Below are positions 1-12,516 of a stretch of 47,041 nucleotides of DNA, piece by piece. The position numbers and the translations under genes were made by a program. Every line of letters starts with the position of its first letter. Position 1 is the stretch's first letter. The notes beneath the pieces are model-generated. The model saw nothing but the letters and a program-made list of their open reading frames with translations, did no database searches and was not told the DNA's origin. Source of the DNA: Trichosphaerium sp. ATCC 40318 (taxonomy: Eukaryota > Protista > Tubulinea); the NCBI GenBank assembly GCA_038496445.1, contig JALMLS010000546.1:1-47041 (forward strand). Direction: 5' to 3'.

Positions 1-3
1 AAA

Positions 4-276
4 ATGTGGAAGAAGTGCTTTTACGTCGATGATGAACTACATGGAGAGTACATTAGTTGGCATAAAAATGGTAATATTTTTGAGAAGTGTCATTATATCA
101 AAGGTTTGCAAGACGGAGAGCATGTAATGATGTACCATAGTGGTCAAACGTGGAGTCGCTATCATTATGTTAATGGTAAACTTGAAGGACAGTTTATAAG
201 CTGGACACCCTATGGCAAAATAACAAAATTGCTCAAGTATGCTAATGGCATTCGGGTAGATGATTTTTTTTCATAA
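4..276 (+). CDS. MORN-variant (MORN_2/YwqK-like) repeat protein, probably 5'-truncated by the window edge
   Basis: 24-aa repeats of the type YxxGxLxGxxxSWxxxG (HGEYISWHKNG, DGEHVMMYHSG, EGQFISWTPYG). Confidence 0.75.
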   Translation: MWKKCFYVDDELHGEYISWHKNGNIFEKCHYIKGLQDGEHVMMYHSGQTWSRYHYVNGKLEGQFISWTPYGKITKLLKYANGIRVDDFFS

Positions 277-469
277 AATTCAACGTAGCTACCTCCATTA
301 GTCTTTCCACGTGCTTCTTCCTCTTCGTCATTTCCTACTACTGAGCATACAAACATCAACATAGCGAAGATAGTGATCAATGATAACATAGTTTTGAAGA
401 AAAGGTGTTCATTGTGGCGTTAAATCCTTATTATTAGCTTAGAAATCTTGTAAATTTTTGTTTATGTCA

Positions 470-567
470 AGTTAGTCTGATGAATGCCCGATTTCACAGA
501 ACGTTAACACGACATAAACACGTTCTTTAGCTTCCAAAAATACCATTGTTTATAATGAACGCCAAAA
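470..567 (+). repeat. Left arm of ~100-bp imperfect inverted repeat (partner 2676-2775)
   Basis: Matches the reverse complement of 2676-2775 with ~7 substitutions and 2 small indels; 32-bp perfect core cccgatttcacagaacgttaacacgacataaa. Confidence 0.95.
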
Positions 568-756
568 TAAGACTCTACTCAATAAAATAATGTCACTTTC
601 ATTCAACTTGTAAAAACAAAATCTCACATTTTAAACGGTTTAGCCGCTCACATATTTTGAGTTTCTTGGCCGTTGGTTAGCCGGCTACAGATTTTTATAG
701 CCGGCTTAATCGGGACCTGACCACTATCATCTCTACTCAACTAACGTAAATTTATT

Positions 757-2688
757 CTACAATGGGTATTCTGACAATCTTCTGATACAGCGATCTCTAT
801 CAACAAATGCTGGTGCAGGTGTAGGTGGATTGTAATTAAACGCTGATATACCCTCGCTTATTGGTACATTTGTGGCCAATACAGTAACATCAGTAGTTGT
901 AATATCAATAGAAACATAGATTCCTTCACTACAAGAAGCCACTAAAGTACCAGTTGATATTGATGTTAAACCTAATAAAAAAAATTAACATAGATGACAC
1001 TTATACCAAAAAATCCTTGCCTCTAAATGTACATCCATCCACTGGTATTGTAAATGGCGCCACACATGAACCAGATCGAAAATCTGGCGCTCCAGTCAGA
1101 ATATTAGAAGTAAAACTACCCAGGAATAGAGTGCCATCAACAATTTCACCTGCTATAAGTAAGTCACATCATGACATTTCACTTGCCTGCCGCTGTACTA
1201 GTCGTCCGATCACAGTGATGTGTAAATTTACAGTTTTCTATGTCTATTTCATAGACATGTTGTACTGGACTCAGTCCATATACTATTCCAGTATCCTTGT
1301 CTACTATCAATTCAAATATTTCAAGAGTAGTGATGCATGTTTTATCCTGTATAATAGTATGTGATGTAACATGTTAAAGTGTCTGTCTCGTACAATTTGG
1401 CAAGTGTTAGGATTTACAGAGAACATTCGTCGGTTTGAGTTTATGTATAGTACTCTATCAAGTACAGCACTGTACTTCAAAGCTACGGGGAAGGTTTCCA
1501 GATCTGGATTATCACATGCTATCAGTAGATGATTAGTGTAAAACAACAAGTTGCTAGCGTTTGAATTCCGTACACCCAACAATTTCATTTGTGTTTGAAA
1601 GTAGCCGATAGTCAAATCCTAGTACTCTCTCTTCCTTCGTAGTGATAAGAGTGTTAATAACACCGCCTTGAGGAGCCATTGTAGGAGGTGGTGTTGGCAT
1701 GATAGGCGCAACAGGAGCCATTGTTGTATCATCTGGAGGCGGCAGTGTTCCTTCAAAAAATAATGAAGAGAAGCCACCAGATTGTAAGGGCAGCGATGTT
1801 GTGAACTCAGTTATCGTTGATGTAGATATGTCCAAAGAAAAATAGCTTGCAACTATTACGTTAGTGATAATAATTTGATTATCTGAGATTGCTGTCATAT
1901 CTAGAGTAATGCTTTAGAACATAGTCAAAAAAAAAAAGAAGAAATACCAGCAGCAATTACTGATATTGGAAAATCCACTATTTGAGGAGCTGCGCAAGGT
2001 GAAGGTCCCGTCAGTGGTACTATAAGAAGGCCTTGTTGTGGTCCAGAAATGTACAAGTTATCTCCAACTATTGCAACTAGTAGAACTCAATAAAACACGT
2101 TTCACTGATTTTTTGCTAGAACGCACGCCCAGAAAAGCCGAACTCAATAGTTACGTCTATGTTTAGTTCACAAAAATTAACAAATGAGCAATCTGTTGTA
2201 TCTATCTGAGCAATAAACCCATCACGTCCATCATATACAAATCCATATAAAATATGTGTAGTCTTGTCAATAGCAATACTCCTAAAAGCAGCAAGAGAAT
2301 TGCTCAAAGTACAGGAATGCTATCAAAACAATCATGTAAAAAAAACTTATTCTGAAATTATTCTTTGGTACCTTTACTTCGCACGTGCGTGGATCTACTT
2401 GTAGTAACTCATTACTGGCTTGTACGAATAATGTATGTGTTGATGGTAAATAAGACATTGAAAAAAGACTAACATCAATAGGTGGACTATTACATGCTAA
2501 AGGTGTTAGATCTTTATCGTCTATTAAAAATAATGTGTAGTACCGTGTACAACAGACATTGGATCGTCTATCGGTCGTATTTCAAACCCTTGACCACCTG
2601 AAGCAAATATAAACGCATTACTATCCTGCGAGAGTGAGTATGAAACAAACAAGGACAGAAGAGAGAAAAAGCAAGTTTTGGCGTTCAT
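757..2688 (-). CDS. Multi-exon secreted Cys-containing protein: two beta-propeller-like domains joined by a Pro/Thr linker (paralog A)
   Basis: Signal peptide MNAKTCFFSLLSLFVSYSLS; GT-AG introns; repeated (V/I)DPxTC-like motifs; linker PPPDDTTMAPVAPIMPTPPPTMAPQ; colinear with 22778-24739. Confidence 0.8.
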
Positions 2689-2775
2689 TATCAACAATAA
2701 TGGTATTTTGGAAGCTAAGGAACGCATTTATGTCGTGTTAACGTTCTGTGAAATCGGGAATTTATCGGACTAACT
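2676..2775 (-). repeat. Right arm of the inverted repeat; overlaps start codon and proximal promoter of paralog A
   Basis: Reverse complement of 470-567; contains the ATG at 2688. Confidence 0.95.
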
Positions 2776-3129
2776 ATGGTTTTCTGTTTTGCGTTTATGT
2801 TCACTTTCTGTTAATGATCTTCGAGCCTCAACGAGCTACGTGAGACCTCGAGATTTCACGTTATTTCACAACCATAATTTAAGTATATATACACGATAGA
2901 TGGACTAACGTACATACTACACCTCTTGATATAGCCCTCCAGAATTGACTCAAATTTATTGATCGATATTTTCTCATCCACTGTACCAAGTCCGGCTGGT
3001 TTACCGGCTGTCAATAGGTTGGTCATTTACCATTGTTGCCCTCCATGTGATCAATAGTAATGTGTTTATTATTGGTTTTTTTTTATTTTAACAAGGAGGT
3101 AGAAAAATGTATATTGTTTGCTCTTGAAC

Positions 3130-5798
3130 TCAGAGAACGTCATCATCATCTTCTGAACTGTTCAGTTCTAGAAGACCAACGCCAGCATCAGCATCATCTT
3201 TATTGTCGAGTATATTATGGAAAGATGGAGCAGATTCAGCATGTCGACGTGAACGTACATAGAAAAGAATACCAAAACCCATTATTACAATAATCCCTTT
3301 TTGAAAAAAAGTTAGAGCGGCAAGACTTTAAGTACCCGAGAAGAAGGTTTGCACCAATAGTTAAAATGATAAGTTTAAAAGATAATAGAATACCACAAAA
3401 CGCTCATTTTTTCAGAGCACGTGCATCTTTAGAGAAGCAACAAAAGTTCAATTTTTTTCTGAAAAAGTTAAACAAACATACCCAGTTGAACTAAAATTGC
3501 AATAACAGCCCACATTGGCGTCCCAGCTGCGTATATTCTTAGTATTGAGTTCTCTATTATTGAAGTATTACTTACATTTATGTTTAGTATCCTCATTATT
3601 ATTATCATGTGTTACAGGGATAGCACTAATCTGCAGAGGATCTAAAGGAGAAAAAATCAATAAAATTCATCTGTCCAGAACGTGTGACTTACAAGCTTTT
3701 TCGCAAGGACCTGAATATATGAACTTCTTATAATCACACTCACTCTGTAAGTAGCCACAAAGAGAGGCAAGCGGCTTATGAACCTTGGCAATTGTCTAAA
3801 AGTGAAAAAAAATAGTCAACAAACAACAAGTTAAAGCCTATTCTTTCTCGGACCTTTGGTTCTGTTTCACCATTGTAAAATCCGTAAAGTTCTACTTCTT
3901 CTAATCCCCAAGAATCCGCACCAGTAGGTAACAAAGTGACAGATTCAATATCACAAGCATCATGGTATGTCCAAGATAATATTTGAAAAGTACTTGCTGC
4001 ACCTGCGAAAAAAAAAACGTTAATTCCAAAACACGTGATTGTTTCATCGTACCCATTTCTGGTAGGTGTCCTGAGAGTGTATGCTCTATAATATCACCAT
4101 TTTTGAAGTTAATAAGCAGCGTAGGTACGTCATTTGACTCTGATAAAGTGAGGTTTAGTTTGACGTTCTTTTTTTTTATAATCCAAGTTCGTACCTGCAT
4201 CCTCGCCTATGCATGTGAAGAATTTAACTTCAACTTTATCTGCGTGACCACAAGGCATTGGCTGAGGTTTTTTAGGCTCTACAATAACAGAATCCTTTGG
4301 CGGAGGAAGCGTGGCACGTGGTAATTCAATCTTCTCAAGAGTAACTAGAAAAGTTTTAGCTTATCTCTAAAACTATTCACTACCTCTATCTGCACATGAT
4401 GGAAGACCTTGCTCTGTGATATCTTTACAATGGCTACTCAGAGTTATGCCATTACTATTAGAAAGCTTTGCTATTGTGAGAGGATCATAGACTATCTGAT
4501 CGTTTGGCAAAGCTGAAGAAATCAGGTTAGTATTTAACTCGTCTTTGTAGTTTGGATTTACCTTTGATTGTAAACGATTTCCAAGATAGCGTATTTGTCT
4601 TTGAAGCAACGAGTTCAATCTTAGCTATAGCACAAAGATCATAGAATAGCGCATGGTAACGACTCTTAGTCAGTAAGTTTGGTTCGCCCTAAAACATAAG
4701 TAAGCTTAACTTCTAAAAAAAACAAAATAGAAGCTCACTTTTTGGTTCCAAATGCTGAGCGATGTAACTCTTGACAAAGGACCTGATTCCGTTATTTCAA
4801 GCGTAGGATACTCATATGATTCTATTAAATATTATTTATCAATCAGAAAGCAATAAGTAAAGAGAAGAGTAACGTACGAACATCAAAGTTTTTTATCAGT
4901 TCGGTTTCAACAATCAATTGTCCAATTTCTGAACAGTTCGTTGGCGCAGGTTTCTCAGCTATTGGTATTGATGGCTTTGTTTCCATATCCAGAATAACCC
5001 TGTTGATGCAAATATGACCGTCTTTACAGACAGTAGTACATATATTTTCGTCATCACAAACTACTTGTTTACACTTGCATGGGAAGTCTATCCAAGTAGG
5101 TTTTCCACCAAACTTCGCAATCATTTGTTTGTATCCACCTTGGTATCCAACAGCTATTTTTTTTTTTAATTAACACGTGACTAATAACACGTGTATAATT
5201 TATTTAAATAGAATTTAGTAGTGCACGTACCTGTTACACTCATTTCTTCAAGAAGCCAACCGTCAGATCCACCAGCTTGTACAGATACTTCCTCGATAGC
5301 ACAAACATCATAAACACCAGCAGGATACATTTGTGTGAGTGAATTACCAGGTGAGGGCAACGGTGTAAGTTTAACAACAGCTAGAACTGAATCGTTGGAT
5401 GAAAGGTATATTGTTGGATAGTCCTCAGAGCCTAGAGATGTTAATACAGGGATTTAAAACGGAGAAATTGAAAAAAAACGTTTCAGGTTATTGGTCCAAT
5501 AAAAAAAAGTTAGAAACTTCCATGTTTGATTTAAATGAACAAAGAACAGTCTTCTATGACGTACTGGCAAAGAGACCTTCTGAAATACTAACTGATACAA
5601 TAACCTGGGACATTCTTCCACACTTTGTCCATGGTTGGCCTTGCGTTAGCCCTATCATAAAGCTGTAAGAACCGCAAACCCCACAAAACCATGTTTGCTG
5701 TTTTCTTTTTAAACAATTCCACAAAAGCACTTTTAGTCTCAAAGAAACGCACCTAGTACGATAGACGTTATAATTAATAATACCAGAGATGATTTCAT
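3130..5798 (-). CDS. Multi-exon type I membrane protein with N-terminal PLAT/LH2-like domain
   Basis: Spliced signal peptide MKSSLVLLIITSIVLGLTQG; PLAT-like VSVSISEGLFASSED...GGSDGWLLEEMSV...WID; Cys-rich segment; TM MWAVIAILVQLGIIVIMGFGILFY followed by RSRR; acidic tail ending SEDDDDVL*. Confidence 0.7.
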
Positions 5799-6696
5799 AC
5801 TTTTCTCAAATGGTTAGGGAATTTTTCATGTGACCTTTCTTGACGTGGCGAAAAAACCACGTGATAAAAACGCTTGATTGGTTTTTGTATAAAATATGCG
5901 TCTAGCTCCTTTTTGGCGACTACATAGTCCGAAGTCTATGTCTTTCTTCTGTTTCACTAGTGCGAGTTAATTATGGAAGGTTAAGCTATTGCGTCATTGT
6001 TTTATTACAGCTCTAAACCCCGGTTTCGCATGTCAGTACTTTCGTGTTTGGCAGTATTAACTCTATAATTTTCGAAACTTTTCATTCGTTGACATGTTTC
6101 ATTCCGATAACGCGCAATAAGAGGGAGCCTTTTTCTTTGATTCAATAACAAACAACGCTACCCTTCTTTGCGAGCATCATTTGAAACGTAAACGGCATTC
6201 TCCGGTGATGCCACAAGCCATCTATTTCTGCATCAATAGGAATAGACAGTTTTATAAAACAGCCTTAGCTGCAAAAGTATCACAGTGACGTCATGTCAAC
6301 GACTTCAAAAACACATGTGTTAGCGCCATAAATTATTGCTTTATTTTTATTGTGAGTAGCATTGAAACAATTTGTGATACCTCTACAACTCCTGAAAACG
6401 CTACTAAGAGCATTTGACGCAAAAAGAAACTACTCCTCGCAAACTTCCTTGAAGCTCCGTTGTTGTACACTACTCCCTTGCTCTAAAATTAGCAGTACGG
6501 TAGTTTTAACTTACGAGAGCGCACAGAAAGAGCACGTGGCTAAAATCTGCGCGTGTACTCTTGATTGATTAAACAAAAAAAAATACGCGCGTTCGCTTTG
6601 GTTTTTTAGTCAAATGTGCGCTTAGATTTTCTCCTATCCGTCAAACGACCACCACTGCATCTTCTAGGAGTACGCTTATATAACCACAAGGCTAAA

Positions 6697-9600
6697 ATGA
6701 GACAAAAGAAATACAACGTTAGCAAGAAAATACCAAAATACCTTTACGACTCTAGAATCCTTAAACTTGTAAAGACACGTACAATAGGAGAAGGTTTTGT
6801 CATTGCTCTTTACGATGAGACTGGTTCTTTTGTACTTTTTGACATGGAGCATAAGGATATACACCTAGTAGAGTACAAAAACACACCTTTATCTTACTGG
6901 CGTGTATTTCATCCATACGTCTTTGCTTTCTACAAAAAACGTACATCTGAAAACAAGACTGCTTCATCAACATCTTCAAAGTCTTCTTCTAAACCATCTC
7001 ATTCTTTAACAATGATGATATATCACGTGCATTCAAGGGATAAACTTATTTTGAAGCAAAGTGATTTGGGTATTGATGAAAAAGTCATTATAATTGTATC
7101 ATCTAGTAAGCACGTGTGTTATGTACTAGAGAATGGATTTATTAAGCTACAGTACGTATTTATAGATATTTATTCTTATTTTTCATAATTACACTTCTCC
7201 GTTGAGATATATCTCAACATAATGCGAGGAGGAGTGATTGATTTGTTCTAAAAAAATCACGTGACGAGGAAGGAAAAAAGTTTTGTTTTTATTTGGATTT
7301 TCTTATCTTTCTTTTGTTTCCTGCCTATGCCTTTTTATAAGTACAGCATTCATGATTTTTCTCAAAAAGTAGCCTCATGTGTTATTTATTTTATACATAA
7401 AAGAGTTTAACTTTTTCTGTAGTACGTCAAGGTTGATAAATTCGCTCGCGACTATTGATTCTGGAGAAAAAATGAAAACACCTGAAAAAGTAACGAAACG
7501 TGATAAAGTTTCTTTTCCTCCTAATCCTAATGAAAGTCTATCATGCCTTCAAGTACGTGGATAATTAAAAATGCAATTTTCTGGGCTGTAACCTCGGAAC
7601 AACTGGTTTAACAAAATCGTTATTTATTGGTTTTTTTTTATGTGTGTTTACGCGTTTTTATAACACTCCGCTGTCACGTGTTGGTTCTTATTTTGTTTTC
7701 TCCCTGTAGGATAATTTATTACTCCTTGCTTCTTTCAATTCATTTCATTTATGGGATATTGATAAAGGCACGTGCGTGCTTCAAGGAGCAACTCCAAAGT
7801 ACGTAACTAGCGTAAATTTTTTTTTTTGAAATGCAGTTTCCGTACTATGTCACCATCGATTGTTTTAAACTGACAACTGACACCAAGCCTTAAGACGAGT
7901 GCGTATGAGCTTGAAACACCATTCACAGCCTTGAAATTGCTAGATAAAATCATTGCAGGTGCAAATAGTTTACCTTATTTTTTTTCTTTACGCAAATCAT
8001 TTAGAAATGCGTTCTCGTATGTTAGCTGTACAATCCTTTGACTAATCTTTTTTTTAGGGTACACAGCGCAAGTTCTATATTGTTGGGTGATAAGATCAAA
8101 GAAACCAACCAGTATGTCATAGAAATAGAGTAAAACAATCAGGCTAAAAAAATGATATCGAGTCCTTTTTTTTTAGTGAATACTTTCTCCCATCTACTAG
8201 CGTATTTGTTAAAGAATTTAGGGTTACATGAGATAAAGAGACCTGAGTGGGATAAAGGGATAAGATCCATTGCGAAACATAGAAATATAATAGCAGTTGG
8301 TACGTAAAAAACCTCCCTAATATTTTAAAAATGTTGCTTTTTTTAGATCATTTCATCACGACATACAGTACAAAATTTTTTAACTATCGGTGCCCTTTTT
8401 ACGTCCCCATACTCCAAGGAAGGACCTTAGTTACCTTCAGAGTGAAATAAATAGTTTTACCGTGGAGCGGGGAAACGAAAAGGGAAATCTTTACCATTTA
8501 CTTTTATTTCATATGATTTGAACTGTATCACGTGACACCGCTTTGTTTTAATAGTGAAATATATTTTTTTGAAATTATTAGTTTATTCACTAACTGCGCT
8601 GTCTTTGAAGGGAGTTCTCGATACGTTACACTTGTATATAATGTACTCAAAGCAGAGTTCAGACGTTTGACGTTTTCAGTTACAAAACAAAAAACTTACC
8701 AAGCAGCAACAGCAACAAGAAATGGTCCAAGTCGTTCTACCGTAGAATCAAAAGCAGAGTTTAGAAAAGTAAGAGAACATAGCAAGATGGGTAGCGCATC
8801 AAAACAGTAAGTAAAAAAAGAGAAGAGACATTTCTTCATTCATAACTCTACCTTTTTTCTTATTTTTTTTCCTCTCCGCAGGAGAAACAAAGGTGGTGTT
8901 AAAAGGTACGATAACAATCCTGTGTCACGTGGTTTTTCTTATAGAGCTCTAGTGAGGTTAGATCAAATCATGTGGTGCAGTGGGTTGACTTTTTGGCTCC
9001 TGATGTTCTAGTAGCAGCAAGTCAACATGGTACGCTTTTTGATCATTCATTCTTCAGCTTGAATGTATTTTAATCTTTTATCTTATAGCGGTTGTTTGTT
9101 GGGATTTGATGCTTACTGGGGATAAACCAGCGTTAGTACTGAATCTTGGACACCGCAAAATATTGTACGTCATTGACGCAGAGCCTTAAAAATTGACCTG
9201 AAAATCTACCCAAAAAAAACTCTTATTTCCCTGGATAGTGACACTCAATAATTCGTTACAACCTAAATATGTGATTCTTTAATTAATATTAATATTTAGA
9301 AGCTGTTCATTACAAAAAAAGATTATAAATGTGCTGCATAGTGACGATGAAGGTAAGTGACTAAAAAAATACATTTTTGCAAAAAACTTGGTTTCTCTTT
9401 TGCATCTTACCACATCAATACTCAAGAGTTCCTACTAATGGTATTACTAGTGATAACATGGCATATAAATATGAAGAAATTGAGAGAAAACCGACCTGTA
9501 AACAAAGTGAGTTAACAGAGTTTGAAGCAAAAAAAACAAATGAAGTTGAAGGAATTTAAGATTCTTTTGTTCCAGCGCCTCATACTATATTAGGAGATTA

Positions 9601-9751
9601 AGAATACTAGAATGAGGCGTAGATTATCTCTGCCTGCTGGAGAAGCTAACAAGATCAAGAATGTTGCAATTAAAAAGACAATGTCAAGTGGTATACGATC
9701 GAATTCACCGAAAGGTTCAAAAAAACATGCATCAAAAAGAAAACACTTGTG
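6697..9751 (+). CDS. Multi-exon protein of unknown function, beta-propeller/WD40-like, with basic C-terminus; 5' end uncertain
   Basis: Long first exon then many GT-AG-bounded exons; WD-like motifs (IHLWDIDKG, VCWDL); ends ...ASKRKHL*. Confidence 0.55.
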
Positions 9752-9989
9752 AGCACGTGGAACTTTTTTTGAAAGAAATACTGTATTGGTTTAATTGGAG
9801 TGACACTTATATTTAGTATGTTTAAGCTACACTAAACGCCACAACTAAAAAAAAAAAAAAACAGCAAAGCGGTCACTCAGTCACGTGGGGTTGTAAATAG
9901 AAACAGAAGCTATTATTAAATTAAATTAAATGAGCAATTTTTAACCTTACCTTTTCGTACTTTTTTGAGTGTACTACGTCAACGGTTAA

Positions 9990-10450
9990 GTGATCAAGAC
10001 TCTTAGTCTCCTTGTGACATTGGTAAACTTGAAAGATATCAATCTTTATGGGAGAACGTGACTAGATTACAAAGATTGTTTAAAGCACTTGATTGCACAA
10101 TCACTGAAATATGTTACATTGTCTATAGTGCTACAATGACAAACGAAGGATGTTGAGTCACTGGGTATTCAACATTTAGTTTCACTGGTGGAATAAGTTC
10201 AGTTAAAACATGACATTGGATGCATCTTAGTAAACAATTTCAATGTTTGATAAGTCTTACGTACTTTCCAGTGTTGAACAAAATACATCAATAGTGGGTA
10301 TGTAAGGTTCTTTCTGTTTATGTATTTGTCACAGTGTCAGAGATTCAACTTTAGAATTTTGTGTAGAAGCTGGGACCTTACCATTGCCACATCTAAAGCA
10401 CGTCTAGTTACGAAAGTACTGAAAAAATGTGATGTAGAAGAAAGTTTAAA
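9990..10450 (+). pseudogene. Decayed leucine-rich-repeat gene relic
   Basis: Stop- and frameshift-broken LRR-like peptides (TLVNLKDINLYG*, KDCLKHL, MTNEG, GIQHLVSL, FQCLISLTY) resembling the F-box-LRR at 30327. Confidence 0.4.
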
Positions 10451-10539
10451 AAAACAAGTTTATTTATTTACAATATTTTTGCCATAAGCTTTGTGGTATT
10501 GCTTGGTAGATTATTTCTCATTCTTCTATATCCAGTTCA

Positions 10540-12516
10540 TTAAAGACAAAGAACACGTGGATTCTGGAGCTCAAAGTACTCTTTCAAACCATCATAATCA
10601 CATGCTTCAGCAAACTTCAAAGCGTAGTTGTATTTAGGAACTTTATCCAAAACATTCCAGCAATTTAAAAACTTTTTGTAATCTTCCTGGTCATTAAATG
10701 CTTTCATATCCTTCCAATCAATCTTACTGTAATACATTTTAATACGATCAGAAACCTCACCACAGTCCAAGTATACCCATACATGAACAAGAGATATCAA
10801 GTCATGTGCATAAGTGTAAACAATTTCTTTACGTTCTGCTTGCATTTCAATGATATCTGTTGCAGCGAACATTATTTTTGTAGGCAACAGGTATGCATCG
10901 CTCTTTCCAGGCACGTATTTGATGGCAGAACCAAAGTCTGTTATATGTGCTTTTCCATCTATGGTCATAAGGCTATCCATATTAATGTCCCTAAAAACAA
11001 ATCAGAAAAAAAAAAGAAAACCCACAAAAAAGTTAAGTGTGTACCTGTGTACATAACCACATTCGTGGACTTTCTGTAATATCTCTAGGAATAATACCAT
11101 AGAAGGACAATTCTTTGCATTCTTTATAGGATGACATAGTGGTGATGTGATATGATACGGAAGGCCTTTCTTTGTAGTACCACTTTGAATCTACAAAATA
11201 AACAGTTAATAAAATGTTTTACACCTTTCACTGATAAAAACAACTACATCAAGTTTAGTATCTCACGTACCAACTGTGGTACACCTTCAATACCAGCTTT
11301 GTTGAGCGTTTCAAGAGCTTCACGCTCTATAGCAGCATCTTTCTTGCAGTAATCATTGAAAACTTTGACGATCACATGTTCTTTGAGTGTATGAAGGTAT
11401 TGTAAGTACACTCTAGAAGTTGAACCATGTCCAATGATATCAGAGGGTATAGTAGGTTCTCCTTCAATATCAAGTATTGGAACCTTCCAACCAAGCGTCT
11501 CAGGCTTATTGTTCAAGAAACTATTCAACAATATAGTTCCTTCATCAGTCCTTGTCAATATCGGATAATTTTTTGTAAAACTAACTTTGTGTTTTGCTTC
11601 TTTACCAAACCAGTAAAACTTCACAAATACAATCTCCTTCTTATTAGCAATAAAGCCAGATATAGAATCCCTGGTTCCTTGTGCAAGCATATACGCTGTC
11701 AGAGCGTTTCTAAAGAGAGAGAGTCAGAACGAGTCACTCGTTTTTAAGAAAAGTTCGTACATGTGTTGTCCCTTGGCTAAATCATCGATTTCACGTGCGT
11801 GAACGTGACCAATAGCTACTACTTGTAACATGGTAGGTTCACCTTGGATACTGTCAAGGTTTGGTGTAAGAACCAAGCAAGGTTTATGTTTAGAAGTGCT
11901 GTGAACATTGTTCTTGTATTTTTCGTTGTGGAGATTGAAAACCTTCATTCTACAATCACTCTTATTTGTTGCTTTATGAAGAAGATTATAAAACTCCTCA
12001 TAAAACGCATCATCCTCAGCCCTCTCATCAGCACGTTTATAGTCACCGTCCATAAATGTTGATTCCTCTGGCTTCGCTTTACCCACTTCTATCTGTCTGG
12101 CGCTATCAGGTTGCTTTCGCACTGAAAAAAAAAAGCGTCAGTAACAAAGAATGAAAAGGTTTTTTTTTGGAACAAAAAGCGTTTAACAGACGTAGTCACG
12201 TGTCGTGTAGTAGCGCTTTTATAATTCCACTAGCAACATGTAACGCGAAATTGATTGATTACGTACATTTTGAACCCTGTACTGTACAGATAAGATACTC
12301 TATTGTAAGGGCGGATTTCGCTGACGCTTTTGGTGTATAGCCAAGATTTACGATCTCCCGTTTGACTTGTAGCACTGTCATCTTTAATATGCGTTCTATA
12401 GTGAATACGTAAGGAGAGGACTGGCGAAAGGTCACGTTTTTTTGAATCAAATTGTGAACGAACAAAGTTTGGCGGGTTTTTAGGTTTTCCAAGTAAACAC
12501 GTACTGATTCGTTCAT
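10540..12516 (-). CDS. Crinkler/FunK1-like protein: SAP/HeH-like header, degenerate REase-fold domain, C-terminal protein kinase domain
   Basis: Spliced kinase motifs IGHGSTSRVY, IVKVF, E(alphaC), YVHRD (split by an intron), ITDFGSA, HDLISL; upstream KPCLVL...VVAIGHVH...GQ..AY..Q..R..G; intron phases support ATG 12516. Confidence 0.7.
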
